Assembly: GCA_964612995.1 (NCBI GenBank)
Contig: CAZTGE010000005.1
Coordinates: 1 to 60,285 of the forward strand
Direction of reading: 5' to 3'
Source of the DNA: an uncultured candidatus Brocadiaceae bacterium
Lineage (GTDB): Bacteria; Planctomycetota; UBA11346
DNA: 60,285 nucleotides
In this document: one piece after another, positions 19,141 to 29,130 of the stretch
Layout of the letters: the number at the start of each line of letters is the position of its first letter
How positions within the stretch are numbered: the stretch's first letter is position 1
Notes under the pieces: generated by a model
Told to the model about the DNA's origin: nothing
Seen by the model: the letters and a program-made list of their open reading frames with translations, nothing else
Databases searched by the model: none
Position numbers and translations under genes: made by a program

Positions 19141-20208
19141 GTGCCCGGCGACGACGCGAGCGGCGAGAAGACCGAGGAGGCGACGCCCAAGAAGCGCGAG
19201 GAGGCGCGCAAGGAGGGTCAGGTCGCCTACTCGACCGAGGTCAACACCATCGGTCTGCTGCTGGTCGGCTGCTCGCTGTTGTTGCTGTTCGGGCCGCAGC
19301 TGTATCAGGCGTTGGTCGGGGTCGTCCGTCGGACGCTGACCGATCTGCTCCACCTCGAGCTGCGCGATCCGGAGGTCCTGCGCATGCTCGCGTTCATGTG
19401 CGGCAAGCCGCTGGGGCTGACCTTCGCCGTCGTCGGCCTGCTGTTCATCGCCGGGCTGGTGCTCAGCCTGGCCCAGGTCGGCATCCACTTCACCTCCAAA
19501 CCGCTGGTGCCCAAGCTCTCGCGCATCGATCCGATGCAGGGGCTCAAGCGCATCTTCGGCCTGCGCGGGCTGATGCGCACGGTGTTCGCGGTGGTCAAGC
19601 TCACGCTGGTTGTCGCCGTGGCCTGGGCGGTGCTGGCCGAAGCGATCCGCAGCCGCATGTTCTTCAATTTCGCGGTCGAGCAGCGGCTCGACGACACCAT
19701 GGCCCTGCTCATCGGCCTCGCATTCAAACTCATCGCCGTACTCGCGCTCATCGCGATGGCCGACTTCCTCTACCAGCGTTTCCAGCACAACAAGGAACTG
19801 CGCATGTCGAAGCAGGAGGTCAAGGAGGAACTCAAGCAGTCCGATGGCGACCCGTTGATCAAATCGAAGATCCGTCAGGTCCAACGCCAGATGGCGATGA
19901 ACCGGATGATGCAGGAGGTGCCCTCGGCCGACGTGGTCATCACCAACCCGACCCACGTCGCGGTGGCACTGCGCTACGACAGCGACCACATGGACGCGCC
20001 GGTGGTGGTGGCCAAGGGCTACGATCGCATCGCCCAGCGCATCAAGCAGATCGCGGCCGAAAACGCCGTGGTGCAGGTCGAGAACGTCGCTCTGGCCCGG
20101 GCCCTGGCGCGCGAGGTCGAGGTCGGTCGCAGCATCCCGGTGGGCTTCTTCGAGGAGGTGGCAGAGGTCCTCGGCTACGTCTATCGGCTCAATCGCGCGG
20201 CGATGTAG
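19141..20208 (+). CDS. flhB: flagellar export protein FlhB
   Basis: [10 protein letters not shown], four TM segments, MSKQEVKEE...GDP, NPTH autocleavage motif; GTG start after GGGAG. Confidence 0.93.
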   Translation: MPGDDASGEKTEEATPKKREEARKEGQVAYSTEVNTIGLLLVGCSLLLLFGPQLYQALVGVVRRTLTDLLHLELRDPEVLRMLAFMCGKPLGLTFAVVGLLFIAGLVLSLAQVGIHFTSKPLVPKLSRIDPMQGLKRIFGLRGLMRTVFAVVKLTLVVAVAWAVLAEAIRSRMFFNFAVEQRLDDTMALLIGLAFKLIAVLALIAMADFLYQRFQHNKELRMSKQEVKEELKQSDGDPLIKSKIRQVQRQMAMNRMMQEVPSADVVITNPTHVAVALRYDSDHMDAPVVVAKGYDRIAQRIKQIAAENAVVQVENVALARALAREVEVGRSIPVGFFEEVAEVLGYVYRLNRAAM

Positions 20209-20486
20209 GGCGTCGGGCCCCGGATCCGCGGTCATGGCGTGTAAGGTCCACCGGCACAGACGATCAGCGGCCGCAGGACCAGGGGAAACGGGGGGAGCCC
20301 GCTTGTCGCACGTGGCTGCGACGAACCCGCGGTGCACTCCTCGCTGCTTGACGTTCCGGCTCGACGGTCTAACAGGAGGTGCCCCCATCGCGGCGGAGCC
20401 GACCGCGATCCGTACCGGATCGGGGCTGACGGCAGTCCTCCGCGTCGAGCGCGCGCGCCCCGTCGTGGGCCGGACAAGGAGTGTCC

Positions 20487-21752
20487 ATGGAGCCGATCGC
20501 CGTCGCCGATGCCGCCCGTGCCGCCGCCGCCGTCGTGGCCAGCGCCACCACCACCACCAAGAACGCGGCGCTCGCCCGGATGGCGGAGCTGCTCGACGAA
20601 CGGCGTGCGGACATCGTCGCGGCCAATGCCGCCGACCGCGCCGCGGCCGAGGAGCGGGGTATCGAGCAGAACCTGCTCGACCGGCTGTCCTTCGATGGGG
20701 CCAGGATCGATTCGCGCATCGCCAGCCTCGAGACCATCGTCGGCCTGCCCGATCCGGTCGGCAGCGCGACCGCGGCCTGGCGCTGTGCCAACGGTATGGA
20801 TGCCGCGCGCGTCCGCGTGCCGCTGGGCGTGATCCTGATGGTGTTCGAGGCGCGGCCGCACGTGACGGTCAACGCTGGCGCCTTCTGCCTCAAGGCCGGT
20901 AACGCCTGCATCCTCCGCGGCGGTTTCGAGGCCCGCCGGTGCAACGCCCTGCTCGGCGAGTTGTGGGCCACGGCGCTCGCCGCCGCCGGCCTGCCACGCG
21001 AGGCGATCCAGGTCGTCTCCGGCACTCACGCCGAGGTCGGCGAACTGCTCCAGTTCGACAGCCACATCGACCTGGTCATCCCACGCGGCGGTCCGGGCCT
21101 GATCCGGGCGGTGGCCGAGCAGAGCCGGATCCCGGTGATCAAGCATTTCAACGGCGTGTGCCACGTCTATCTCGACAGCGGCATCGACCTCGACCGTGGC
21201 CTGGACATCGCACTCGATGGCAAGTGCCTGATGCCCCAGGTCTGCAATGCGACCGAGTCGGTGCTGGTCCACCGCGACCACGCGCCGCAGCTGCCGCGGA
21301 TCGTCGCCGCCTTCCGCGACAACGGCGTCACCGTACGTGGCTGCCCTGCCGTCTGCGCCGCGGTGGGCGATGTCGAAGCGGCGAGCGAGGAGGACTGGTC
21401 GACCGAGTATCTCGATCTGACCGTGTCGCTGCGGGTGGTCGACGATGTCGACGCCGCCGCCGACCACATCAACACCTACGGCTCGCATCACACCGACAGC
21501 ATCGTCACCGACTCCGAGCCGCGTGCCCGGCGTTTCACGCAGGTGGTCGACTCCTCGGTGGTCCTGACCAATGCCTCGACGATGTACTGCGACGGCGCGA
21601 GCCTGGGCATGGGTGCGGAGATCGGGATCAGCACCGACCGTCTGCACGCCCGCGGACCGATGGGCCTGGCCGATCTGACCACCACCAAGTACGTCATCCG
21701 GGGCGACCATCACGTGATGGGACCGGCCCGCTGCACCGGGGAGGGAGCGTGA
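20487..21752 (+). CDS. proA: gamma-glutamyl phosphate reductase (ProA)-like protein
   Basis: RVPLGVI, KAGNACILRGG, IPRGG, VCNA catalytic Cys, GAEIGIST..LHARGPMGL; several canonical residues differ. Confidence 0.88.
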   Translation: MEPIAVADAARAAAAVVASATTTTKNAALARMAELLDERRADIVAANAADRAAAEERGIEQNLLDRLSFDGARIDSRIASLETIVGLPDPVGSATAAWRCANGMDAARVRVPLGVILMVFEARPHVTVNAGAFCLKAGNACILRGGFEARRCNALLGELWATALAAAGLPREAIQVVSGTHAEVGELLQFDSHIDLVIPRGGPGLIRAVAEQSRIPVIKHFNGVCHVYLDSGIDLDRGLDIALDGKCLMPQVCNATESVLVHRDHAPQLPRIVAAFRDNGVTVRGCPAVCAAVGDVEAASEEDWSTEYLDLTVSLRVVDDVDAAADHINTYGSHHTDSIVTDSEPRARRFTQVVDSSVVLTNASTMYCDGASLGMGAEIGISTDRLHARGPMGLADLTTTKYVIRGDHHVMGPARCTGEGA

Positions 21753-23137
21753 AGCGCGATCTCGACGGCATTATCGGCGAATTCAAGCAGGGCCTGGACC
21801 GGGTCGGCGGGGGCGATTTCGAGCGACGCATCGGCGCCGAGCTGAAGTTTCCGCTGGTGGCCGCAGACGGTTCCGCCGCGCCGCGCGCGGCGGTCGACGC
21901 GCTGTGGGCCTTTCTCATCGAGTCCTGCGGCTGGAGCGGCGAGACCGATCCGGGTACCGGCAGGCTGGTCGGCGCACACCTGAGCGGTCCGCGCAACGAG
22001 ACCGTGGCCTCGTGCGAAACCGGCTACTGCAAGACCGAGTTCTCGCTCGCCCATGCCGGCGACCTCGCCGAGCTGGGTTCGATCCTCGACCGGGTACGCG
22101 CCGATGTGCTACGTTTCGCCGGACAGGAGGGGGTCCGCTTCCTCGCCTACGGTATCCACCCGGTGACCCCGCCGGGGCGCGACCTGCTGATGAAGAAGGA
22201 GCGCGCCGGCTTCTGGGACCGGGCCCTGCCATCGAACGCGGTCATCCCGCCGGAGCGCGGCGACGACGTGCACCTGTTCACCGTCAATGCCGGCAGCCAC
22301 GTCCACGTCGCGGTGCGTCCCGACGAGGCGGTGCCGCTGGTCAATGCGCTCAACGGCCTGACCGGGGCCCAGATCGCGTTGATGGGGCATTCCTCCGTCT
22401 GGCGCGGCGAGGCCGACCCCGATCACCTGGCGATCAGCGAGGTGCTGTGGGACTGGTGGCCGCGTGCCGCCGGCCGTTGCGGCGTGCCCGCACGCCCCTT
22501 CGCCGACGTCGATGACTACGTGCGCGCGATCACCGCTCTGGTGCCGATCTACGCCAAGCGCCCCGAAGGACCGGTGATCCTCACCGACCACGCCAGCTTC
22601 CTCGACTACTTCAGCGCCGAGCGCGCCACCGGGCGCATGATCGACGGCACCGAGGTGGCGGTCGAGCCCTGCGAGGCCGATCTCGCGCTGCACAATTCCT
22701 GCTATTGGTACGACGCGCGGATCTCCCGCTATTACACGGTAGAGAACCGCGCCTGTGATCAGCAGCCGGTCGACGCGTTGCTCGCGCCCGCGGCCATGAC
22801 CCTCGGCCTGGCCGAGAACCTCGCCGGCGCGAGCGAGCTGGTCGCGCGCTACAGCTGGGACGACCTGCGCGCCAGCCGCGACGCCGCGATCCGCGACGGC
22901 CTGCGCGCGCGCGTCGGCGATTGCGTGCTGGCCGATCTCGCCGCTGCCACCCTCGCCTGCGCCGAGGCCGGCCTGCGTGCGCGTGGTCGCGGCGAGGAGT
23001 GCCACCTCGCTCCGCTCGCCGCGCGCCTGGAGCGCGGCGAGAACCCGGCCGACGAGGCCCGCGCCCTGTTCCGCGCCGGTGGCATCAGCGGTCTGCTCGC
23101 CGCGCGCACCCTCACCCCGATCACGGAGAACCCATGA
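21749..23137 (+). CDS. glutamate--cysteine ligase (GCS2/EgtA-like) family protein
   Basis: IGAELKF, SHVHV, ARISRYYTVENRACDQQP; GTGA overlap with proA. Confidence 0.75.
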   Translation: MKRDLDGIIGEFKQGLDRVGGGDFERRIGAELKFPLVAADGSAAPRAAVDALWAFLIESCGWSGETDPGTGRLVGAHLSGPRNETVASCETGYCKTEFSLAHAGDLAELGSILDRVRADVLRFAGQEGVRFLAYGIHPVTPPGRDLLMKKERAGFWDRALPSNAVIPPERGDDVHLFTVNAGSHVHVAVRPDEAVPLVNALNGLTGAQIALMGHSSVWRGEADPDHLAISEVLWDWWPRAAGRCGVPARPFADVDDYVRAITALVPIYAKRPEGPVILTDHASFLDYFSAERATGRMIDGTEVAVEPCEADLALHNSCYWYDARISRYYTVENRACDQQPVDALLAPAAMTLGLAENLAGASELVARYSWDDLRASRDAAIRDGLRARVGDCVLADLAAATLACAEAGLRARGRGEECHLAPLAARLERGENPADEARALFRAGGISGLLAARTLTPITENP

Positions 23138-24603
23138 CCCGACTGTTGCCTCACGATCTACCCGGACTGCACGGCGGTCAGTACCGCCCGCTCGCGCCCG
23201 CCGATGTCGACCGCATCGCCGATGCCGCCTTCACGCTGCTCGAGCGTGGCGGGGTCGCGGTCTACTCGCAGCAGGCACGCGAGGCCTTCGCTGCCGCCGG
23301 GGCCGAGGTCGACGAGGCCAGCTGTACGGTTCGCCTGCCGCGTGCCCTGGTCGAGGACGCCATCGAGAGCAACCCCTCCTCGATCACCCTCCATGGTCGC
23401 GACGGCGGCGTCGACTGCGTGCTCGAGGAGAACCGGGTCCACTACGGCACCGGCGGGACCGCGATCTACGTCCTCGATCCGGACACCGGGCAGCGGCGGC
23501 CCTCCGAGACCCGCGACGTGATCCTCAACGCACGGATGGTCGAGGCCCTGCGCCACATCCACCTGTTCACCATCAACGTCTATCCCAACGACATCTCCGA
23601 TGCGGCCACGGTCGACGTCAATCGCTTCTTCCACGCCTTCGATCACACCCGCAAGCACGTGATGGGCGGGATCTACTCGCTCGAAGGCTGCCAGAACGTG
23701 GTCAAGATGGCCCAGGAGATCGCTGGCGGCGCCGAGGCGCTGCGCGCTGCGCCCTTCCTGAGCTTCATCACCCTGATCATCTCGCCGTTGAAGATCGACG
23801 GCAAATACGGCGACATGACCTGCTACTGCGCCCGCGAAGGGCTGCCGGTGGTGGTCCCGACCGAACCGATCTGCGGCACCACTTCGCCCGTGACCCTGGC
23901 CGCCAATGTGCTGTTGCACACGGCCGAGACCCTGGCCGGCATCGCGATGGTCCAGTGCATCAACAAAGGCGCGCCGGGCATCTGCGGCAGCGTTGGCTCG
24001 ATCACCAACAACCAGACCATGGACCACGTCGGCGGGGCGATCGAGCGCGGCATGCTCAACGCCGCGGTCGCGCAGATGGCGCAGCATTTCAAACTGCCGC
24101 TCTACTCCACCGGAGGCACCACCGACGCCAAGAGCGTCGAGGTCCAGGCGGCCTACGAGAGCGCGATGTCCAGCCTGCTGGTGGCGATGTCGGGTGCGAA
24201 CTACATCCACGACATCGCCGGGCTGATGGAGACCGACCTCACCGTCGCCTACGACAAGCTGGTGCTCGACAATGAGATCCTCGGCATGTGCCAGCGGGTG
24301 CTGCGCGGCATCGAGGTCGACGACAAGACCCTGGCCCTCGACCTGATGATCGACAAGGGGCCCAACGTCGACTACCTCGGCGAGCGCCACACCCGGCGCT
24401 ACATGCGCAAGGAGTTCTACCAGCCCGAACTCGCGAGCCGCGACAAGCGCGAGCAGATGGGCCCCGACGGCACCGCCGGCGAGCGCGCCCGCGCCGCTGT
24501 GGCACGGATGCGCGTCGCGCCGGCAGAGAGCCTGCTCGACCCCGCGGTGCGCAGCCGGTTGATCGAGACCTTTCCGGAGATCAAGCAGGCCGCCAGCGCA
24601 TGA
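23134..24603 (+). CDS. MttB-superfamily (non-pyrrolysine) corrinoid methyltransferase 1
   Basis: ISPLK, GTTSPVTLAA...AETLAG, GGTTDAK...QAAYE, GANYIHD.AG, YDKLVLDNE; no in-frame TAG. Confidence 0.9.
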   Translation: MTRLLPHDLPGLHGGQYRPLAPADVDRIADAAFTLLERGGVAVYSQQAREAFAAAGAEVDEASCTVRLPRALVEDAIESNPSSITLHGRDGGVDCVLEENRVHYGTGGTAIYVLDPDTGQRRPSETRDVILNARMVEALRHIHLFTINVYPNDISDAATVDVNRFFHAFDHTRKHVMGGIYSLEGCQNVVKMAQEIAGGAEALRAAPFLSFITLIISPLKIDGKYGDMTCYCAREGLPVVVPTEPICGTTSPVTLAANVLLHTAETLAGIAMVQCINKGAPGICGSVGSITNNQTMDHVGGAIERGMLNAAVAQMAQHFKLPLYSTGGTTDAKSVEVQAAYESAMSSLLVAMSGANYIHDIAGLMETDLTVAYDKLVLDNEILGMCQRVLRGIEVDDKTLALDLMIDKGPNVDYLGERHTRRYMRKEFYQPELASRDKREQMGPDGTAGERARAAVARMRVAPAESLLDPAVRSRLIETFPEIKQAASA

Positions 24604-25643
24604 TCCGCTTCGAGCACGTCGACAAGACCTTCCCCAACGGCACCCGCGCGGTGCGCGACCTGTCGTTGGAGGTCGCCGACGGCGAGACCCTGGTGCTGTT
24701 GGGCACCAGTGGTAGCGGCAAGACCACGACCATGAAGATGGTCAACCGGCTGATCGACCCCACCGGCGGGCGGATCCTGCTCGACGATCGCGACATCATG
24801 GAGCAGGACCCGGTCGAGCTGCGGCGGCACATCGGTTACGCGATCCAGCACATCGGCCTGTTCCCGCACATGAACGTCGGCGAGAACATCGCCACCGTGC
24901 CCCGGCTGGTCGGCTGGACGCGCAAGCAGATCGACGAGCGCATCGACCAGCTGCTGGAGATGGTCGGGCTGCCCCATGAGGTGCGCGAGCGCTTCCCCCA
25001 CCAGCTCTCCGGCGGCCAGAAGCAGCGCGTGGGCGTGGCCCGCTCGCTGGCGGCCGATCCGCCGGTGGTGCTGATGGACGAGCCCTTCGGCGCGCTCGAC
25101 CCCATCACCCGCGACCAGCTCCAGGACGAGTTCCTCGCGCTGGATGTCGACAAGACCATCATCTTCGTCACCCACGACATCTTCGAGGCGGTGAAGATGG
25201 GGGATCGCATCGCGCTGCTCGACGAGGGGGAGGTCCAACAGCTGGCCGCACCGGCCGAGCTGGTCGACAATCCCGCCAACGATTTTGTCGAGGATTTCCT
25301 GGGGCAACACCGGTTCCAGCTGACTCTGTTGACCCGGCATGCGGTGGAACTGGCCGAGGATCGCGGTTCGGCCGACCTGGAAGGAGCGCCGGTGCTGCGT
25401 CACCGCGCGTCCATGGCCGATGCGCTCGACGTGTTCAAGGGCACCGACCGCGATCGCCTGCCAGTCAACGACGCGCAGGGGCAGGCGCGTCAGATGCTGC
25501 GGCGGGAGCGACTGCTGGAGGCGATCACCGAGGCCTTCGGCGTGGGCAGCGAGGCCGAAGCGCGGGAGCGGGCCGCAGCGCGCGGATCTGAAGCCTCGGC
25601 GGCAAACGGCCAGGGCAGCGATGCTCCTGGGGCGGAGGGTTAG
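24600..25643 (+). CDS. osmoprotectant/betaine ABC transporter ATP-binding protein
   Basis: GTSGSGKTT, LSGGQKQRV, MDEPFGALDPITR; CBS-like tail. Confidence 0.93.
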   Translation: MIRFEHVDKTFPNGTRAVRDLSLEVADGETLVLLGTSGSGKTTTMKMVNRLIDPTGGRILLDDRDIMEQDPVELRRHIGYAIQHIGLFPHMNVGENIATVPRLVGWTRKQIDERIDQLLEMVGLPHEVRERFPHQLSGGQKQRVGVARSLAADPPVVLMDEPFGALDPITRDQLQDEFLALDVDKTIIFVTHDIFEAVKMGDRIALLDEGEVQQLAAPAELVDNPANDFVEDFLGQHRFQLTLLTRHAVELAEDRGSADLEGAPVLRHRASMADALDVFKGTDRDRLPVNDAQGQARQMLRRERLLEAITEAFGVGSEAEARERAAARGSEASAANGQGSDAPGAEG

Positions 25644-25645
25644 GC

Positions 25646-26326
25646 GTGGAGTGGTGGCACGGGTTCTGGGACGAGCTGGGGGCGGACATCCTGCGCGCCA
25701 CCTATCAGCATCTGTTCCTCACCTTCTTCGCCGTGATCATCGCGACGATCATCGCCGTGCCGGTCGGGGTGATGCTGGCCCGCTCGCGCAAGCAGGCTTT
25801 CGCCGGCTCGGTCCTCGGCGCCGCCGGGGTGATCCAGACCATTCCCGCCATCGCGCTGATCGCGGTGATCATGCTGCTGTTCGTGCTGCTCGGCCTCACC
25901 GGCATCGGCCAGCCGCCGGCGCTTACCGCGCTGGTCCTCTACGCCTTGTTGCCGGTCATGCGCAACACCTTCACCGGCATCCGCCAGGTCGACCCGGCGG
26001 TGATCGAGGTCGCCCGGGGCATGGGCATGACCCCGCAGCAGGTCCTGTTCCGGATCCAGCTGCCCCTGGCCTTGCCCTTCATCATGGCCGGGCTGCGCAT
26101 CGCCACCGTATGGACCATCGGGGCCGCGGCCCTGTGTTCGCTCATCGGCGCCGGCGGGCTGGGCGACCTGATCATCCGCGGATTGCGCAGCGTGCAGTAC
26201 GAGAGCGTCGTCGCCGGGACCGTACCGGCGGCAGCGATGGCGGTGCTGTTCGACATCCTGTTCGGTCGCATTGAGCGCTGGTTCACCCCCGCGGGCATGC
26301 AGCAACCCGGCGGCCAGGACCGTTGA
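25646..26326 (+). CDS. osmoprotectant/betaine ABC transporter permease
   Basis: IQTIPAIAL, EVARGMGMT (EAA motif), IGAGGLG. Confidence 0.93.
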   Translation: MEWWHGFWDELGADILRATYQHLFLTFFAVIIATIIAVPVGVMLARSRKQAFAGSVLGAAGVIQTIPAIALIAVIMLLFVLLGLTGIGQPPALTALVLYALLPVMRNTFTGIRQVDPAVIEVARGMGMTPQQVLFRIQLPLALPFIMAGLRIATVWTIGAAALCSLIGAGGLGDLIIRGLRSVQYESVVAGTVPAAAMAVLFDILFGRIERWFTPAGMQQPGGQDR

Positions 26327-26339
26327 CAAGGAGTGCGTC

Positions 26340-27302
26340 ATGAGCAATGCCGTCCGTCTGTCCATCATCGCCGCCGTTGTGATCGCCGTCGGCACGGCCC
26401 TGGTGCTGATCCAGCCGCCCGGCGCCACTGGCGACACGCTCCGCGCCGCCTTCGACGCGGAATTCCACAGCCGGCCCGACGGCTACAAGGGCCTGTGCGA
26501 GCACTACGACTTCCGTTTTCCGACGCCGCCGAGGCAGATGGACTCGGGGCTGATGTACCAGGCCTGCGCCGGGGGCCAGGTCGATGTGATCAACGCTTTC
26601 ACCAGCGACGGGCGCATTGCGGCCTTCGACCTGCAGGTGCTCGAAGACGATCAGCGCTTCTTTCCGCCCTACTACGCCGCGCCATTGGTCAACGCCGCGA
26701 TCCTGGAGGCTCACCCGGAGCTGGAGGCACCGCTGCGCAAGCTCGGCGGTGCGATCGACACAGCGCAGATGCAGACGCTCAACTATCAGGTCGACGAGCA
26801 GGGCCGCAAGGCCCGCGTGGTGGCCCGTGACTTCCTGGTCGAGCAGGGCCTGCTCGCGGCCGATGCGCAGCCGCGCGCGGCCGACGACGCCGCGACCATC
26901 GTCGTCGCCGGCAAGCAATTCACCGAGCAGGAGATCCTCGGCGAGATGATGGCCCTGATGATCGAGTGCACCACCGACCTGGCGGTGGATCGCCGCCTGA
27001 ACCTTGGCGGAACCATGATCTGCTTCAACGCCACCCGTTCCGGCGATATCGATGTCTATGCCGAGTACACCGGTACCGGGCTGGTCAGTATTCTCGAGCG
27101 TGAGGTGATGAGCGATCCCGAAGCGGTCTACGATCTGGTTTCGCGCGAGTTCCGCGAACGATACGGCCTGGCCTGGTTCGACCCATTCGGATTCAACAAC
27201 AGCTACACCCTGACGATGCGCAAGGAGCATGCCGAAAAGCTGGGTATTGCGACCATTAGCGATCTCGCTGCGCATTGTCGCGAGCAGAACGCTGCCGAAT
27301 GA
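26340..27302 (+). CDS. quaternary-amine ABC substrate-binding protein (OpuCC/OsmF-like), circularly permuted
   Basis: EF..RPDG, MDSGLMY, DGRI, FFPPY occur before KQFTEQ, EYTGT, GFNNSY, TISDL. Confidence 0.9.
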   Translation: MSNAVRLSIIAAVVIAVGTALVLIQPPGATGDTLRAAFDAEFHSRPDGYKGLCEHYDFRFPTPPRQMDSGLMYQACAGGQVDVINAFTSDGRIAAFDLQVLEDDQRFFPPYYAAPLVNAAILEAHPELEAPLRKLGGAIDTAQMQTLNYQVDEQGRKARVVARDFLVEQGLLAADAQPRAADDAATIVVAGKQFTEQEILGEMMALMIECTTDLAVDRRLNLGGTMICFNATRSGDIDVYAEYTGTGLVSILEREVMSDPEAVYDLVSREFRERYGLAWFDPFGFNNSYTLTMRKEHAEKLGIATISDLAAHCREQNAAE

Positions 27303-27552
27303 GCCGGTTTTCGTCGAGACCGTCGTTCATGCGGTCCAACGTAGCCTATACGGAGAAAAGTGACGATTTCTTCGGTGTTTTCGTGGCTTCGTATGCGCGC
27401 TGGCGGTCACATGGCTTGACTGCCGGTGGCTCGCCCGCTATGAATGGCGCCCCGCTGACCAGGGGAGTGAGCCCTGTGCGGTGTCCGGCCCACACGCGCC
27501 GAACCGCTGCCCTCCCTCCGGTGGACCTGTTGTCGCCCATGGAGAAGAGCCC

Positions 27553-28263
27553 TTGAGCACCGACATGCACCGCTTCGCTCTCGCCCTGGCCCAGGAGTCC
27601 CTGGCAGCCAGCGCCGCGTGCCCGTCCGATGTCGGTCACGCCGCCCTCGATCGCTGGGCCGATGCAGTGAACGGTGCTGTCTCTCGCCGGGTGGTGCGGC
27701 TGCGCCATCAGGCACGGTGCGACCTCAAACGTCTGGCCCAGATCCGCGGCGCCTGCGTCGTCCATCCGGTCACGGAGTGCGACGAGGGCCTGTTCGTCGG
27801 CGGCCACGCCCTCGCCGGTCGCCGCGTGCGCGCCTCGCTCGGTCCCTGCCGCTTCGCGGTGGTGTTCGTGGTCACCCTCGGCGAACAGGTCGACAAGACC
27901 CTGGCCGCGGTCTCGCGCAACAAGCGCGCCTATGCCTGCGTGCTCGACGAGGGCGCCTCGCGCCTGGCCGAAGCCGCGATCGCCGACTGGTGCGAGCGGC
28001 TCTCTGACGAGCTGCCCGACGACCTCGCGCGCACCCATCGATTCAGCCCCGGCTACTGCGACTGGCCGCTGTCAGAACAGCAGAAGGTCTTCGACCTGCT
28101 CGGCGACGCCCACTGCGGCGTCCGGCTCGACGAGAGCCTGCTGATGTGGCCGCGCAAGAGCGTGTCGGGCATCCTCGGCATCGGCGATACCGCGACCGTC
28201 GCCGCCGGTGCCAACCCCTGTGATTCCTGCGGACGCTTCACCTGCGACCACCGTCGCGCCTGA
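27553..28263 (+). CDS. stand-alone B12-dependent methionine synthase activation-domain protein
   Basis: VVTLG, RFSPGYCDW...Q, LMWPRKSVSG, C-terminal CxxCxxxxC; TTG start after GGAG. Confidence 0.85.
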   Translation: MSTDMHRFALALAQESLAASAACPSDVGHAALDRWADAVNGAVSRRVVRLRHQARCDLKRLAQIRGACVVHPVTECDEGLFVGGHALAGRRVRASLGPCRFAVVFVVTLGEQVDKTLAAVSRNKRAYACVLDEGASRLAEAAIADWCERLSDELPDDLARTHRFSPGYCDWPLSEQQKVFDLLGDAHCGVRLDESLLMWPRKSVSGILGIGDTATVAAGANPCDSCGRFTCDHRRA

Positions 28264-28307
28264 ACCCGCTCATCCCCGGCGCGAGATCCGCGCCATGAGG
28301 CCAATCA

Positions 28308-29117
28308 ATGCTCATCATCGGAGAACGTGTCAACGCCACCCGCAAGGTCCCGCGCAACGCGATCACCCAGCGTGACGCGGCGACCATCGCCGACGAGATC
28401 CGCAAGCAGGAGAAAGCCGGCGCCGATTACATCGACCTCAACGCCGGCACCGGCCAGGGCGACAGCAACCAGGAGGGCGAGGACCTCAGCTGGCTGGTCG
28501 ACGTGGCTTTGGAGACGACCGAGAAGCCCTTCTGCCTCGACGCCTCGGATCCGGCGGTGATCGCCGCCGCCGCCGCCCATCTCGGCGACCGTCGGCCCTG
28601 GATGCTCAACTCGGTCAAGTGCGAGCCGGAGGTGCTCGAGCCCGGGCTGGAGCTGGCCGCGGCGCACAAGGCGCCGGTGGTCGCGTTGGCGATGGACGAG
28701 ACGGGCATTCCCCGCGACGCAGAGAGCCGCCTGAGCGCCTGCCGCCGCATCTACGAAGCGGCCATGCGCCACGGCATCGCGCCTGGCGATCTGTTCTTCG
28801 ATCCGCTGGTGTTCCCGATCTCGGCCGACATCGCGCAGGGCATGGTCACCCTGTGCACGCTGCAGGGCATCAAGCGCGAGTTCCCCGAGGCCAAGACGAC
28901 CATGGGCGCCTCGAACTTCTCCTACGGCCTGCCCAAGCGCGCGGAGCTCAACCGCACCTTCCTCGCCGCGGCGATCACCCACGGCCTCGACTCTGCGATC
29001 TGCGATCCCACCCGCCCGAGCATCCGCCGTGCGCTGGTCCTCGGTGACCTGATCGCCGGCCAGGACCGCCACTGCCGTCGCTACAACCGGGCCGTCAAGC
29101 GCGGCCTGTTCGACTGA
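28308..29117 (+). CDS. methyltetrahydrofolate:corrinoid methyltransferase (pterin-binding, AcsE-like)
   Basis: IIGERVN, GADYIDLN, LNS, FDPL, GASNFSYGLP. Confidence 0.92.
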   Translation: MLIIGERVNATRKVPRNAITQRDAATIADEIRKQEKAGADYIDLNAGTGQGDSNQEGEDLSWLVDVALETTEKPFCLDASDPAVIAAAAAHLGDRRPWMLNSVKCEPEVLEPGLELAAAHKAPVVALAMDETGIPRDAESRLSACRRIYEAAMRHGIAPGDLFFDPLVFPISADIAQGMVTLCTLQGIKREFPEAKTTMGASNFSYGLPKRAELNRTFLAAAITHGLDSAICDPTRPSIRRALVLGDLIAGQDRHCRRYNRAVKRGLFD

Positions 29118-29130
29118 CCGAAGGACATCG

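Noticed and set aside
20939-21748. N-terminal extensions of ORF-track calls (e.g. 732-aa ligase, 728-aa MetG, 438-aa FlhB)
   Set aside because: Extensions overlap neighbouring genes and are Arg/Pro-rich; downstream starts with RBS or stop-start overlaps fit better
27303-27552. Cobalamin riboswitch before the B12 genes
   Set aside because: No B12-box, GGGAA or GCCACTG elements seen; only a weak TTGACT-N17-TATGAA promoter-like match
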